64,000 nucleotides of DNA. It comes from Verrucomicrobiales bacterium. Its GTDB lineage: Bacteria > Verrucomicrobiota > Verrucomicrobiia > Limisphaerales > UBA1100. Below the pieces are notes generated by a model. That model worked only from the letters and a program-made list of their open reading frames with translations. It made no database searches and had not been told where the DNA came from. The stretch's first letter is position 1. The number at the start of each line of letters is the position of its first letter. Where the stretch lies: positions 4,294 through 68,293 of the forward strand of contig SYLI01000068.1 in the NCBI GenBank assembly GCA_005809105.1, read 5' to 3'. This document shows, one piece after another, positions 53,701 to 61,829 of this stretch. The translations under genes were made by a program, and so were the position numbers.

Positions 53701-54073
53701 TCACCTGATGCCGTTTGTAGAGGGCGCGCAGGTCGTCCACGCTCTGCGAGGCCAGCTCCTCATCCAGCCAGTTCATGTGGCCGCGGATGTCGGTGATGCC
53801 GCGATGCAGGCGGTGGGTTTCCACGACAAAGAACCGTCCGCGCTCGTCGATGTGAAAGGCGACGGGATTGGCCAGGTGCGGTTCGGCGGCGAAGAGTTCC
53901 ACACGAAACTCCGGCGCGAGCTGGAATCCCTTCATCGCCAGCTCGGCCTCGCGTCGGGCGGCGGAAGCCTGCGGGGCATCGGCACCACGCAGAGACGCGG
54001 GATTTCCAATGAGGGCCAAAGCCCCCGCGATGCAAAGCGCGGCGGATCGTGCGTGGTGGGCGATTCTCGTCAT
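50741..54073 (-). CDS. PVC-type heme-binding CxxCH protein (N-terminal dehydrogenase-like beta-propeller, HEAT repeats, C-terminal cytochrome c domain)
   Basis: 1110 aa with a signal peptide. The N-terminal region resembles the Pirellula/Verrucomicrobium membrane-bound dehydrogenase domain. HEAT repeats follow in the middle, then C-terminal LNCARCH heme-binding and SSMP motifs. Confidence 0.8.
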   Translation of the reverse strand: MTRIAHHARSAALCIAGALALIGNPASLRGADAPQASAARREAELAMKGFQLAPEFRVELFAAEPHLANPVAFHIDERGRFFVVETHRLHRGITDIRGHMNWLDEELASQSVDDLRALYKRHQVKGLNAHSDRVRMVVDRDGDGRADHATVFAEGFNGDVDGLAAGVLARRGQVWLTNIPHLWSLRDKDGDGVAETRESLAQGFGVRVGFLGHDLHGLRMGPDGRLYFSIGDRAASVMTKEGRRLHTPETGAIYRCNPDGTGLELFHTGLRNPQELAFDSLGNLFTGDNNSDGGDPARWVYAVEGGDSGWRIGWQFIEEKPWTRRRGPWLDERMCFPDGAAAHRLAPLANIGSGPSGLTYHPGTGLGGAFTGSFFMCDFRGSPGGSGIHTIRMASQGASFKVEHTGQLIWKVLATDAEFGPDGHLYLSDWVDGWGMPNKGRLYRVVNTAAQPGADAAQAQTQRLLAAGFEATPTAELARLLGHADQRVRMDAQFELAARALKGTDESAGHLDKVASDTQAPRLARLHALWGLGQLSRRQPAVHSRLLPFLKDADDEVRAQAAKVLGDGRHVAARPALLAATADASARVQAFAAIGIGKLGPGSTAPILEMLERNADRDPVVRHAGVMALAGAAQASSLAGLSGHAPRHVRLAALLALRRLGDGAVANFLKDPDAAIVTEAARAIADDLIPGAVAALATMATQTNLSKPVMRRALAANYRIGAAPTLATVAADPRADKLARAEALSLLGEWAHPSGRDKVSGLWRPIPDRDGMAARAALEPVLRSVLAQAPDEARAEAITAADRLDLKSAAPALLALVVDAKAKASLRASALTLLGKWDAVQLAPAVEHASRSTDATLRGAATRLAAKVQPEKAVARLETALQKGSVEERQAALQALGELNDPAADRLLGQWMDQMLAGKGQAEVQLELLEAAARRKDTAVQDRLKKFAESRPDAAKSPSDPAAFGEVQAGGNPAAGRRLFFENQTLNCARCHRAGGEGGDVGPTLDGLAARPRAELLESVVNPNAKITRGFETVLITTKSGGNHAGIVKSETGAELVLLSAEDGLVKVKKADILTRKQGLSSMPAGLHLAITRRELRDLMAYLGSLPAAK

Positions 54074-54195
54074 GTCGGCGGGCAGGCTAAGGGGTGCGCT
54101 GGGGTGCGGAAAGCGAGAAATCCAGAAAGGCCCTCGCAGGGCGCGCGGCGTTTTTCGCTGTCCGCAAAATGCGGGCGCGTGCTAGGAATAAGGGC

Positions 54196-57084
54196 ATGCG
54201 ATGGGGCCGGTGGAAAGCAAGTTGCCGCGCGATTTGCGCGAGCGGCGTGTGGGTCGCCACGGTGGTGGTGGCGGCTGCTGCGGCCCGCGGCGGGTTTTCG
54301 CCAGAGGATCGCGCGTGGTGGGCCTTCCAGCCCGTCAAGAAGCTGGCGCCGCCAAAGGTGCAGCACGCCGACTGGCCGCGCAACGACATCGACCGGTTCG
54401 TGCTGGCGCGGATCGAGCAGGCGGGGATGAAGCCCGCGTCGGAAGCGCCGCGCCGAACCCTTGTGCGCCGCGTGTACTTCGACCTCATCGGGCTGCCGCC
54501 CACGCCCGAAGAGGTGGAGGACTTCGTCGCCGACTCCTCGCCGGACGCCTATGAGAAACTGGTGGACCGCCTGCTGGCCAGTCCGCGCTTTGGCGAGCGG
54601 TGGGCGCGGCCGTGGCTGGATCTGGTGCGCTTTGCCGAGAGCGACGGCTTCAAGGCCGATGATTTCCGGCCGCATGCCTGGCGCTACCGCGACTATGTCG
54701 TGAAGTCGTTCAACGACGACAAGCCCTACGACCGGTTCGTGCAGGAGCAGCTCGCGGGCGACGAGCTTTTCCCCGGCCAGCCCGATGCGCTGGCGGGCAC
54801 GGCCTACTTTCGCAACGGCATCTACGAGTACAACAACCGCGACGTGCGCGGGCAGTGGCAGCGCATCCTGGAGGACATCACCGACACGACGGCCGACGCG
54901 TTTCTGGGCATGGGACTGCAGTGCGCCCGCTGCCACGACCACAAGTTCGACCCCATCCTGCAGCGCGACTACTACCGGTTTCAGGCATTCTTCGCGCCGC
55001 TGCTGCCGCGTGACGACCTCACGCTGGCCACGCCCGCCGAGCGCGCCGGGCACGACGCCAAATTAAAACAGTGGGAGACGGCCACCGCGGACATCCGCTC
55101 CGAGATCGAAAAGCTTCTTGCGTCGGTGAAGCGCGACACCGAAAGGGGCGCGGCCGAGAAGTTCATCGAGGAAGTGCGCGTGATGATTGACAAGCCCGTG
55201 GGCCGTCGGACGCCCTACGAGCATCAAATCGCCGAGCTGGCGTACCGGCAGGTGCTCTACGACGTCGAGCGGCTGGACTCAAAACTCAAGGGGGACACCA
55301 AGGATCGCGTGCTGGCACTGCGCAAGCAACTCGCGGGGTTTGACGCGCTCAAGCCCGCGCCACTGCCCGCACTCGTCGCCGCCACCGATGTGGGTGCGGT
55401 CGCGCCGGCCGTGTTCATCCCGCGCAAGGAGTCGCTCGGCGACATCGCGCCGGGCTTTCCCTCGGTGCTTGAGGAGGGGCCCGCAGTGGTGGAGGGGCGC
55501 GCCCAGTCCACCGGCCGCCGCGCGGCGCTGGCCCGTTGGCTGACGGCCCCGGCCAACCCGCTCACGGCTCGCGTGATGGTCAACCGCCTTTGGCAGGGCC
55601 ATTTTGGGCGCGGACTGGCGGCCAACGCCAGCGACTTCGGCAGGCTCGGCGAGGCGCCCTCGCATCCCGAATTGCTCGACTGGCTCGCGGCCACTTTTGT
55701 CGAGGGAGGCTGGAGCCTCAAGAAAATGCACCGGCTCATGGTGACCAGCGCCGCCTACCGGCAGGATGCACGCGCGGGCGTGGATGCAGCGGCTGCAACG
55801 AAGGATCCGGAGAACCGCCTGCTGGGGCGGGGGAGCGTCCGCCGGCTCGAAGCCGAGCAGATTCGCGACGCGCTGCTGGCGGCCACGGGCCAGCTCAAGC
55901 TCGACGCCGGGGGGGCGAGCACGGATTTTCTAACGCCGCGGCGCAGCATTTACACCAGGGTGTTGCGCAACGCGTGCGACCCCATCCTCGACGTGTTCGA
56001 CTTGGCCGAGTCGTTCCAAAGCGTCGCGCAGCGTCACACCACCACCACGCCCACGCAGGCGATGCTGCTTTTTAACAGCCAGATGATGCTGCGGCATGCG
56101 CGCGCCTTCGCCACCCGGCTGGAGCTGGAGTTTCCCAGCGGCGACGAGGAAATGACGGGCGCGGCGTATCGCTATGCGTTTGGGCGCGCGCCCAGTGAGG
56201 CTGAAAGGCTCGGGGCGAGGCGGTTCATGGAGGGGCAGTTGCGGCTGCGGCAGTCTGAGGGCGGCGCGCCCGCCAAGCCCTTCGCCACGGCGAAAATGCC
56301 CTACCGCGACGGGGTGGCGGCCGTGGTGGCCCCGGAGATGGGTGCAGACGCGCTGGCCGTGCCCGACAGCGCGACGCTGCCCAAGGGCGACTTCACCATC
56401 GAGGCGGCCATCCTCGTGCGTTCGGTGGACGCAGGCGGCATGGTGCGCACGATCGCCGCCAAGTGGTCGGGCGACACCCGAAAGCCCGGCTGGGGTTTCG
56501 CGGTGACCGGGCGCGGATCCCGCCGCAAGCCGCAGACGCTGGTGATGCAGATCATCGGAACCAAGCGGGACGGCAGCTTTGGCGAAGAGGCCATCTTCTC
56601 CGACCAGACGCTGGAGTTGGGCCGGCCCTATTACGTGGCGGCGGTCGTGAAGCTGGCCACGGACAAGGCGCCGGGCGAGATCACCTTCCACGCAAAAGAC
56701 CTGGCGAATGACGACGAGCCGGCGTCCATCGCCAGGGTGCCCCATCAAATCACCGGGGGGTTCGCCAACGCGCTTGCACTCAACCTCGGAGGCCGGCCTG
56801 CCAAGGGCGGCGCGTTCGACGGGATGCTCGACGACGTGCGCCTCTCAGCCGCCGCGCTCAAGCAGGGCGAGTTGCTGTCTGCAGGTGATGCTGCCAACGA
56901 GAAGACGGCCGGCTACTGGCAGTTTGAACCCAAGCCCGGCGCGTTTCATGACGCCAGCACCAGCCGCAACGACATCCAGCCCCCGGCCACGGGGGCAAGG
57001 GCGTCGGCACTGGCGCGCGCCTCGGCGCTGGCCGATTTCTGCCACGCGCTGCTCAACGCCAACGAGTTCATCTACATCGACTAA
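54196..57084 (+). CDS. DUF1549/DUF1553 (PSCyt2/PSD1) protein with LamG-like domain
   Basis: N-terminal WAFQP...DIDRFV (DUF1549), LQCARCHDHKFDP (DUF1553 region), and a late DFTIEAAI...DDVRLS segment typical of LamG/concanavalin-like inserts. Start 54169 or 54196. Confidence 0.8.
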   Translation: MRWGRWKASCRAICASGVWVATVVVAAAAARGGFSPEDRAWWAFQPVKKLAPPKVQHADWPRNDIDRFVLARIEQAGMKPASEAPRRTLVRRVYFDLIGLPPTPEEVEDFVADSSPDAYEKLVDRLLASPRFGERWARPWLDLVRFAESDGFKADDFRPHAWRYRDYVVKSFNDDKPYDRFVQEQLAGDELFPGQPDALAGTAYFRNGIYEYNNRDVRGQWQRILEDITDTTADAFLGMGLQCARCHDHKFDPILQRDYYRFQAFFAPLLPRDDLTLATPAERAGHDAKLKQWETATADIRSEIEKLLASVKRDTERGAAEKFIEEVRVMIDKPVGRRTPYEHQIAELAYRQVLYDVERLDSKLKGDTKDRVLALRKQLAGFDALKPAPLPALVAATDVGAVAPAVFIPRKESLGDIAPGFPSVLEEGPAVVEGRAQSTGRRAALARWLTAPANPLTARVMVNRLWQGHFGRGLAANASDFGRLGEAPSHPELLDWLAATFVEGGWSLKKMHRLMVTSAAYRQDARAGVDAAAATKDPENRLLGRGSVRRLEAEQIRDALLAATGQLKLDAGGASTDFLTPRRSIYTRVLRNACDPILDVFDLAESFQSVAQRHTTTTPTQAMLLFNSQMMLRHARAFATRLELEFPSGDEEMTGAAYRYAFGRAPSEAERLGARRFMEGQLRLRQSEGGAPAKPFATAKMPYRDGVAAVVAPEMGADALAVPDSATLPKGDFTIEAAILVRSVDAGGMVRTIAAKWSGDTRKPGWGFAVTGRGSRRKPQTLVMQIIGTKRDGSFGEEAIFSDQTLELGRPYYVAAVVKLATDKAPGEITFHAKDLANDDEPASIARVPHQITGGFANALALNLGGRPAKGGAFDGMLDDVRLSAAALKQGELLSAGDAANEKTAGYWQFEPKPGAFHDASTSRNDIQPPATGARASALARASALADFCHALLNANEFIYID

Positions 57085-57089
57085 AGCCC

Positions 57090-58535
57090 ATGGCGAAGTT
57101 TGGCTGCAATCGGGTGGAATGGGCGGTGACGCGGCGCGATTTTATCGAACGCGCCGGCGCGGGCTTTGGTGCTCTGGCGCTCTCGGGCCTGATGGAAGCC
57201 GAGGGCGCTGCCGCTCCGGCTGGCGGTGGCGCGATTCATCCCTTGGCAGAGAAGCCGCCTCATTTTGCGCCACGCGCCAAGAGTGTCATTTTCCTCTTCA
57301 TGGAAGGCGGGCCCAGCCATCTGGACACGTTTGACCCCAAGCCCGGACTCAAGCAGCACGCCGGCAAGCCGCTGCCGACCAGCTTCACCCAGGGGCTCAT
57401 CACCGCGATGGGCGAGTATGGCGCCCCGGTGTTTCCCGACCGTCGCGAATGGAAGCAATACGGGCAGGGAGGGCTCTGGATTTCCGACTGGTGCCGGCAC
57501 GTGGCCGAATGCGCCGACGACCTGGCGGTGATTCGCTCGTGCTGGGCCAATGGCATCGTGCATTCCAATGGCGTGTGCCAGATGAACACCGGCAGCATTC
57601 TGGCCGGCCGGCCGTCGCTGGGCGCGTGGGCCAGTTACGGACTGGGCACAGCCAATCAAAACCTGCCGGCGTTTGTGGTGATGCAGGACAACCAAGGCAC
57701 GGTGGTGAACGGCCCGCGCAACTGGGGTGCGGGGTTCATGCCCGCCGTGTATCAGGGCACGCGGCTGCTGCCCGGCGCCGAACCCATCGCCCACCTGCAC
57801 ACGCCCGAGGGCGTCAGCGAGAGCCAGCAGCGGGGCAAGCTGGATTTCCTGCGCGGGCTCAACCGCAACCATGCCGCCTCGCGCACACAGCAGACGGAGC
57901 TCGACGCGCGCATTGCCGCCTACGAGCTGGCGTTTCGCATGCAGGCGGAGTCGCCCGAGGCGGTGGAGTTGTCCCGGGAAACAAACGCCACCCGGCGTCT
58001 GTACGGGATGGAGGACAAGGACTGCGCGACTTTTGGCCGCATGTGCCTTATGGCGCGGCGGCTGGTGGAGCGCGGCGTGCGCTTTGTGCAGCTTTACAGC
58101 GGCGCGGGCAGCAAGTGGGACGCCCACGCGAACATCGAGCAAAACCATGGCGACCGGTTTCGCGAGACGGACAAGCCCATCGCTGGGCTTCTGAAAGACC
58201 TGAAGGCGCGTGGGCTGCTGGACGAAACGCTGGTGGTGTGGGGCGGCGAATTTGGCCGGACGCCGATGAGCGAAAAGGGCAACGGCCGCGACCACAACCC
58301 CACGGGTTTCACCATGTGGATGGCCGGCGGGGGCGTGAAGGGCGGCCAGACCCACGGCGCGACGGACGACTTTGGCTTGCACGCGCTCAAAGACCGGCTG
58401 CACGTGCATGACCTCCACGCGACCATCCTGTGGCTGCTGGGCCTTAAGAATCTCGGCCTCACGTATTCTTACAAAGGCCGGCCGGAGAATCCCACGCTGA
58501 ACGAGGGTGCCCCCTTCCAAGCCATCGCCCGATGA
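57090..58535 (+). CDS. DUF1501 family (sulfatase-like fold) protein with Tat-type signal
   Basis: VTRRDFIERAGAGFGALAL twin-arginine signal and GGEFGRTP...DHN motifs characteristic of DUF1501. It lies 5 nt after the DUF1553 gene. Confidence 0.85.
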   Translation: MAKFGCNRVEWAVTRRDFIERAGAGFGALALSGLMEAEGAAAPAGGGAIHPLAEKPPHFAPRAKSVIFLFMEGGPSHLDTFDPKPGLKQHAGKPLPTSFTQGLITAMGEYGAPVFPDRREWKQYGQGGLWISDWCRHVAECADDLAVIRSCWANGIVHSNGVCQMNTGSILAGRPSLGAWASYGLGTANQNLPAFVVMQDNQGTVVNGPRNWGAGFMPAVYQGTRLLPGAEPIAHLHTPEGVSESQQRGKLDFLRGLNRNHAASRTQQTELDARIAAYELAFRMQAESPEAVELSRETNATRRLYGMEDKDCATFGRMCLMARRLVERGVRFVQLYSGAGSKWDAHANIEQNHGDRFRETDKPIAGLLKDLKARGLLDETLVVWGGEFGRTPMSEKGNGRDHNPTGFTMWMAGGGVKGGQTHGATDDFGLHALKDRLHVHDLHATILWLLGLKNLGLTYSYKGRPENPTLNEGAPFQAIAR

Positions 58536-58723
58536 GCACGGGAAGGAGGGAGCGGATAGCACCGCCTCCCCCGCAGAGAATCTGCTTGCGTCGCAGGGCC
58601 GATTCGGACACCTTCCCCACCAAGCTGGAGTAGTCAAGCGGCGGCGCTGCCCATTCGTATAGCGGGCAACATCAAGCTCATAAAGAGGTCTCCGTTCAGG
58701 CGCCCAGTTGGATTAGTGAAGTT

Positions 58724-59152
58724 ATGGGAAAGAAACTGTTCGTTGGCGGTCTGTCAAGAGACGTGACCGAGGATGAGATGGGTGAGTTGTTCGGCCAGTG
58801 TGGCTCGGTCACAGACAAGGTCATCATCTTCGACAAGTTCACAAATGAATCCCGCGGATTCGGATTTGTGACCATGTCGTCGGATGAGGAAGCACAGTCA
58901 GCTGTTTCCAAGCTGCATGATCAGGAATACAAGGGCCGTCGCCTTACCGTGAATGAAGCGCGTCCCAAGGAAGCCCGTCCCGGTGGCGGCTTTGGTGGTG
59001 GCGGCGGCGGCGGTGGCCGTGGCGGCTATGGTGGCCGTGGCGGCGGCGGTGGCCGTGGCGGCTATGGTGGCGGCGGCGGTGGCCGTGGCGGCGGTGGCGG
59101 CGGTGGCGGCTACGGTGGCCGTGGCGGTGGCGGCGAATACAGCCGCGACTAG
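58724..59152 (+). CDS. RRM-type RNA-binding protein with RGG/YGG glycine-rich tail
   Basis: RNP2 (LFVGGL) and RNP1 (RGFGFVTM), with a C-terminal GGRGGYGGRGGGG repeat. Visibly lower GC than its neighbours. Confidence 0.9.
   Translation: MGKKLFVGGLSRDVTEDEMGELFGQCGSVTDKVIIFDKFTNESRGFGFVTMSSDEEAQSAVSKLHDQEYKGRRLTVNEARPKEARPGGGFGGGGGGGGRGGYGGRGGGGGRGGYGGGGGGRGGGGGGGGYGGRGGGGEYSRD
59005..59096. repeat. short tandem GGC-rich repeats encoding the RGG/YGG tail
   Basis: cggcggcggtggccgtggcggctatggtgg occurs at 59005-59034 and 59041-59070, with a truncated third copy from 59071. Confidence 0.8.
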
Positions 59153-59197
59153 TTCGTATCCAACTCCAACCCCCCGAACCTCGGGCGGGACACTCCA

Positions 59198-59221
59198 GCG
59201 GGCCAATGGCCCGCTTTTTTT
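59198..59221 (+). terminator. rho-independent terminator after the RRM gene (sits between convergent genes)
   Basis: Stem GCGGGCC (59198-59204), loop AAT, stem GGCCCGC (59208-59214), then seven T (59215-59221). The stop codon of the convergent minus-strand gene overlaps the T-run. Confidence 0.75.
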
Positions 59222-59708
59222 ATGGCTTGGGAAGCAGTCGCACCCGGAGGCTTCCGGGTTTTAGCTCGTCCTGACGGAGACTGTCGGAGAGCGAAGGCAC
59301 CGCTGCCAGAGTCAGCGGAGCCGCGGCGGGTTCGGTGCGCGGCGCCAATGCCGCCCGCAGGGCGCCTTCCACCAGCTGCGCGCAATGAATCTTCATGGGA
59401 GGCAGCGGCCCCAAGGCGCCGGACAATTCCTCGGTACGCAGCGCAAGGGCCTCCGTAGCCGTTTTGCCGCGGATGAGCTCGGTTGCCATGCTCGCCACGG
59501 CGATCGCCGTCTCGCAGCCGAAAGATTGGAACGTCGCGCGGTCGATGACCTTGCGCCCGTGCTCCTCCCTGAACTTCACCCAGAGGCGCAACATCTCGCC
59601 GCAGTCTGAATTGCCCACGGTGCCCACGGCGTCGGCGCCCTCCAGTGCCCCGACATTCTGCGGATCGGCGATGGCCGCGCGGATTTTCTGTTCAAGGTCT
59701 GTTTCCAT
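59220..59708 (-). CDS. IscU/NifU-N-type Fe-S scaffold protein with C-terminal extension
   Basis: Three scaffold cysteines (NSDCGEM, FGCETAIA, LPPMKIHC). The 44-residue spacing between Cys2 and Cys3 and the LPPxK motif are IscU-like rather than SufU-like. Start at METDLEQ. Confidence 0.8.
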   Translation of the reverse strand: METDLEQKIRAAIADPQNVGALEGADAVGTVGNSDCGEMLRLWVKFREEHGRKVIDRATFQSFGCETAIAVASMATELIRGKTATEALALRTEELSGALGPLPPMKIHCAQLVEGALRAALAPRTEPAAAPLTLAAVPSLSDSLRQDELKPGSLRVRLLPKP

Positions 59709-59712
59709 GGTG

Positions 59713-60258
59713 TCAGGCCAATTCGTAACGGGGCACTGCAGGGTCCACTTCGCGCGACCACGCATCCAAGCCGCCGCGAAGGCAGCGCACTGCCCGCAGC
59801 CCATGCCCCAAAAAATACGCGGCGGCATCAAGCGCCCGCTCGCCCTTGTGGTCAACGATGACCACCGGCGCGTTCGGATCCCAGCGCGACATCGCCTCCT
59901 GCATCACCTCGCGCGTGAGGTGCAGCGCGCCGGCAATGCGCGCGGCGTCAAATTCCTCGCGCGTGCGGATGTCCAGCAGGCGCAGCCCCGGCTCCGCCGC
60001 CATCAGTTCCTTCAAGGCCGCCGGTTCGATGAGGATCTGTTGATCAGACTCGTGACTGGCGCGGATGAGTGCCAGCACTTCGTCCACGGGCAGGCCGGCA
60101 TTGCGCGTGCAGACCTCGCCCAGCGTCTCGTCCATGCTAAAACCGCAGCTCGAACAGCCGCCGATGTGGTATTTGCGGAACATCGTGCGGCGCGCGCCCG
60201 GATACGCCTCCAGCACATCGCGCATCGGCGTGTGAGCATCCATCGCGTTCGGGTTCAT
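59713..60258 (-). CDS. DUF1858-like (CxxC redox-disulfide) domain fused to a rhodanese-homology domain
   Basis: N-terminal FRKYHIGGCSSCGF, and C-terminal LLDIRTREEFDAARIAGA...VVIVDHKGERA...GGLDAW. Asp replaces the expected active-site Cys. Confidence 0.7.
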   Translation of the reverse strand: MNPNAMDAHTPMRDVLEAYPGARRTMFRKYHIGGCSSCGFSMDETLGEVCTRNAGLPVDEVLALIRASHESDQQILIEPAALKELMAAEPGLRLLDIRTREEFDAARIAGALHLTREVMQEAMSRWDPNAPVVIVDHKGERALDAAAYFLGHGLRAVRCLRGGLDAWSREVDPAVPRYELA

Positions 60259-61514
60259 GGGGATCCTTTGAGCATTCGAATCACGCGCTCCAGCACGGTG
60301 ACAAACCGGTCCACCTCCGCGCGTGTGTTGTAAAAACTAAAGCTGGCACGCGCCGTCGCGGGTACTCCCAGCCGGTCATGCAGCGGCTGCGTGCAATGAT
60401 GGCCCACACGGATGGCCACGCCCTGTTGATCGGCCAGCGTGGCCAGATCCAGCGCATGCACGCCGGGCAGCACGACGCTGACCAGCCCGCCACGGGCCCC
60501 CTCGCGGGGGCCGAAGATGCGGATGCCCCGAAATTCTGAGAGCCGCTCGCGGGCGTACGCCGTGACATCCTGAATCTGCGCGTGGATGGCCGGCAGCCCC
60601 ACCTGGCCCAAATAGTCCAGCGCGGCGCGCAGCCCCACCGCGCCGGCGATGTTGGGTGTGCCCGCCTCAAACTTGTGGGGAGGCGCCTGATATTCGGCGC
60701 CCTCGAAGGTGACGCGGGTGATCATCTCGCCGCCGCCCTGATACGGGGGCATGGCCTCCAGCAGTTCGCGGCGGCCGTAGAGCACACCGATGCCCGTGGG
60801 CCCGCAGGCCTTGTGCCCGGAGCACGCCAGAAAATCGCACCCCATCGCGCGCACATCCAGTGGCATGTGGCCCGCACTCTGAGCGGCATCCACCACCGTG
60901 ACGATGCCGGCGGCGCGGGCCCGCTCGCAAAGCTCGGCCACGGGATTGACGGTGCCCAGCGCATTGGAAATGTGCGTGAAGGCCAGGAGCCGCGCCCCGC
61001 GCAGGAGTGCGTCCAAGCCCGTCAAATCCAGCCGGCCTTCGTCGCCCAGCACGGGGATGAATCGCAGCACCGCCCCGGTGCGGCGCGCCAAGAGCTGCCA
61101 GGGCACGAGGTTGCTGTGATGCTCCATCTCGGTAAGCACGATGGCGTCGCCGGGTTTCAGATGGGCAGCGCCCCACGCGGTGGCCACGAGATTGAGGCTC
61201 TCTGTGGTGCCGCGGGTAAAAATGATTTCCTCCCGCGCAGGCGCATTGAGAAATGCAGCCGCACGGTCGCGCGCGCCCTCATAGGCCGCCGTGGCGCGGT
61301 TGCCCAAGGTGTGGACGCCGCGATGCACATTGGCGTTGTCCTCCTCGTAGTGGCGGCGCATGGCGTCCAGCACCGCGCGCGGCTTCTGCGTAGTGGCCGC
61401 ATTGTCGAAGTACACCAAGGGATGGCCGTTGATGCGCTGGGCGAGCGCGGGGAAGTCGCCGCGCAGGGCGTCGGCGATGGAGGTTGTCGGCGGCGATGCG
61501 AGCCGGGACTGCAT
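60255..61514 (-). CDS. sufS: cysteine desulfurase SufS (group II)
   Basis: FDNAATTQKP, SGHKACGPTGIG (PLP Lys) and RVGHHCTQP (catalytic Cys loop). Start at the internal ATG, which overlaps the Rieske stop. Confidence 0.9.
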   Translation of the reverse strand: MQSRLASPPTTSIADALRGDFPALAQRINGHPLVYFDNAATTQKPRAVLDAMRRHYEEDNANVHRGVHTLGNRATAAYEGARDRAAAFLNAPAREEIIFTRGTTESLNLVATAWGAAHLKPGDAIVLTEMEHHSNLVPWQLLARRTGAVLRFIPVLGDEGRLDLTGLDALLRGARLLAFTHISNALGTVNPVAELCERARAAGIVTVVDAAQSAGHMPLDVRAMGCDFLACSGHKACGPTGIGVLYGRRELLEAMPPYQGGGEMITRVTFEGAEYQAPPHKFEAGTPNIAGAVGLRAALDYLGQVGLPAIHAQIQDVTAYARERLSEFRGIRIFGPREGARGGLVSVVLPGVHALDLATLADQQGVAIRVGHHCTQPLHDRLGVPATARASFSFYNTRAEVDRFVTVLERVIRMLKGSP

Positions 61515-61822
61515 CAGAGTTCCACGTTTAAAACACCCGCCTCTTCCACCACGCGGTAGGCGCGCACGCTGCACACTGCGGGCGGCGAAAGGTGGCAGCC
61601 GGTGGCGAGGTCAAATTCTGCGTAGTGCCACGGGCAGCCCACCTTGCCCGGCGCAACATAGCCTTCGGCGAGCGAAGCGCCGGCATGAGGGCAAGCGTCG
61701 TCCAGCGCCCAGAATTGCCCGCCAACATGGAAGAGCGCGATGCGCCGGTTGCCTACGTCGAAGGCCTTGCCTTTGCCTTCGGGCACGTCGGTCGTCTGCG
61801 CGATGCGAGTCAGCGTGCCCAT
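61514..61822 (-). CDS. Rieske [2Fe-2S] domain protein
   Basis: CPHAGASL...x...CPWHYAEF is the CxH...CxxH Rieske motif. 102 aa. Confidence 0.85.
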   Translation of the reverse strand: MGTLTRIAQTTDVPEGKGKAFDVGNRRIALFHVGGQFWALDDACPHAGASLAEGYVAPGKVGCPWHYAEFDLATGCHLSPPAVCSVRAYRVVEEAGVLNVEL

Positions 61823-61829
61823 GCCATTC

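Noticed and set aside
58898-59264. Ala/Thr/Val-rich ORFs (58898-59206 minus, 58953-59264 plus) over the RGG tail of the RRM gene.
   Set aside because: These are frame or strand shadows of the GGC-rich repeat. The RRM frame carries canonical RNP1/RNP2 motifs.
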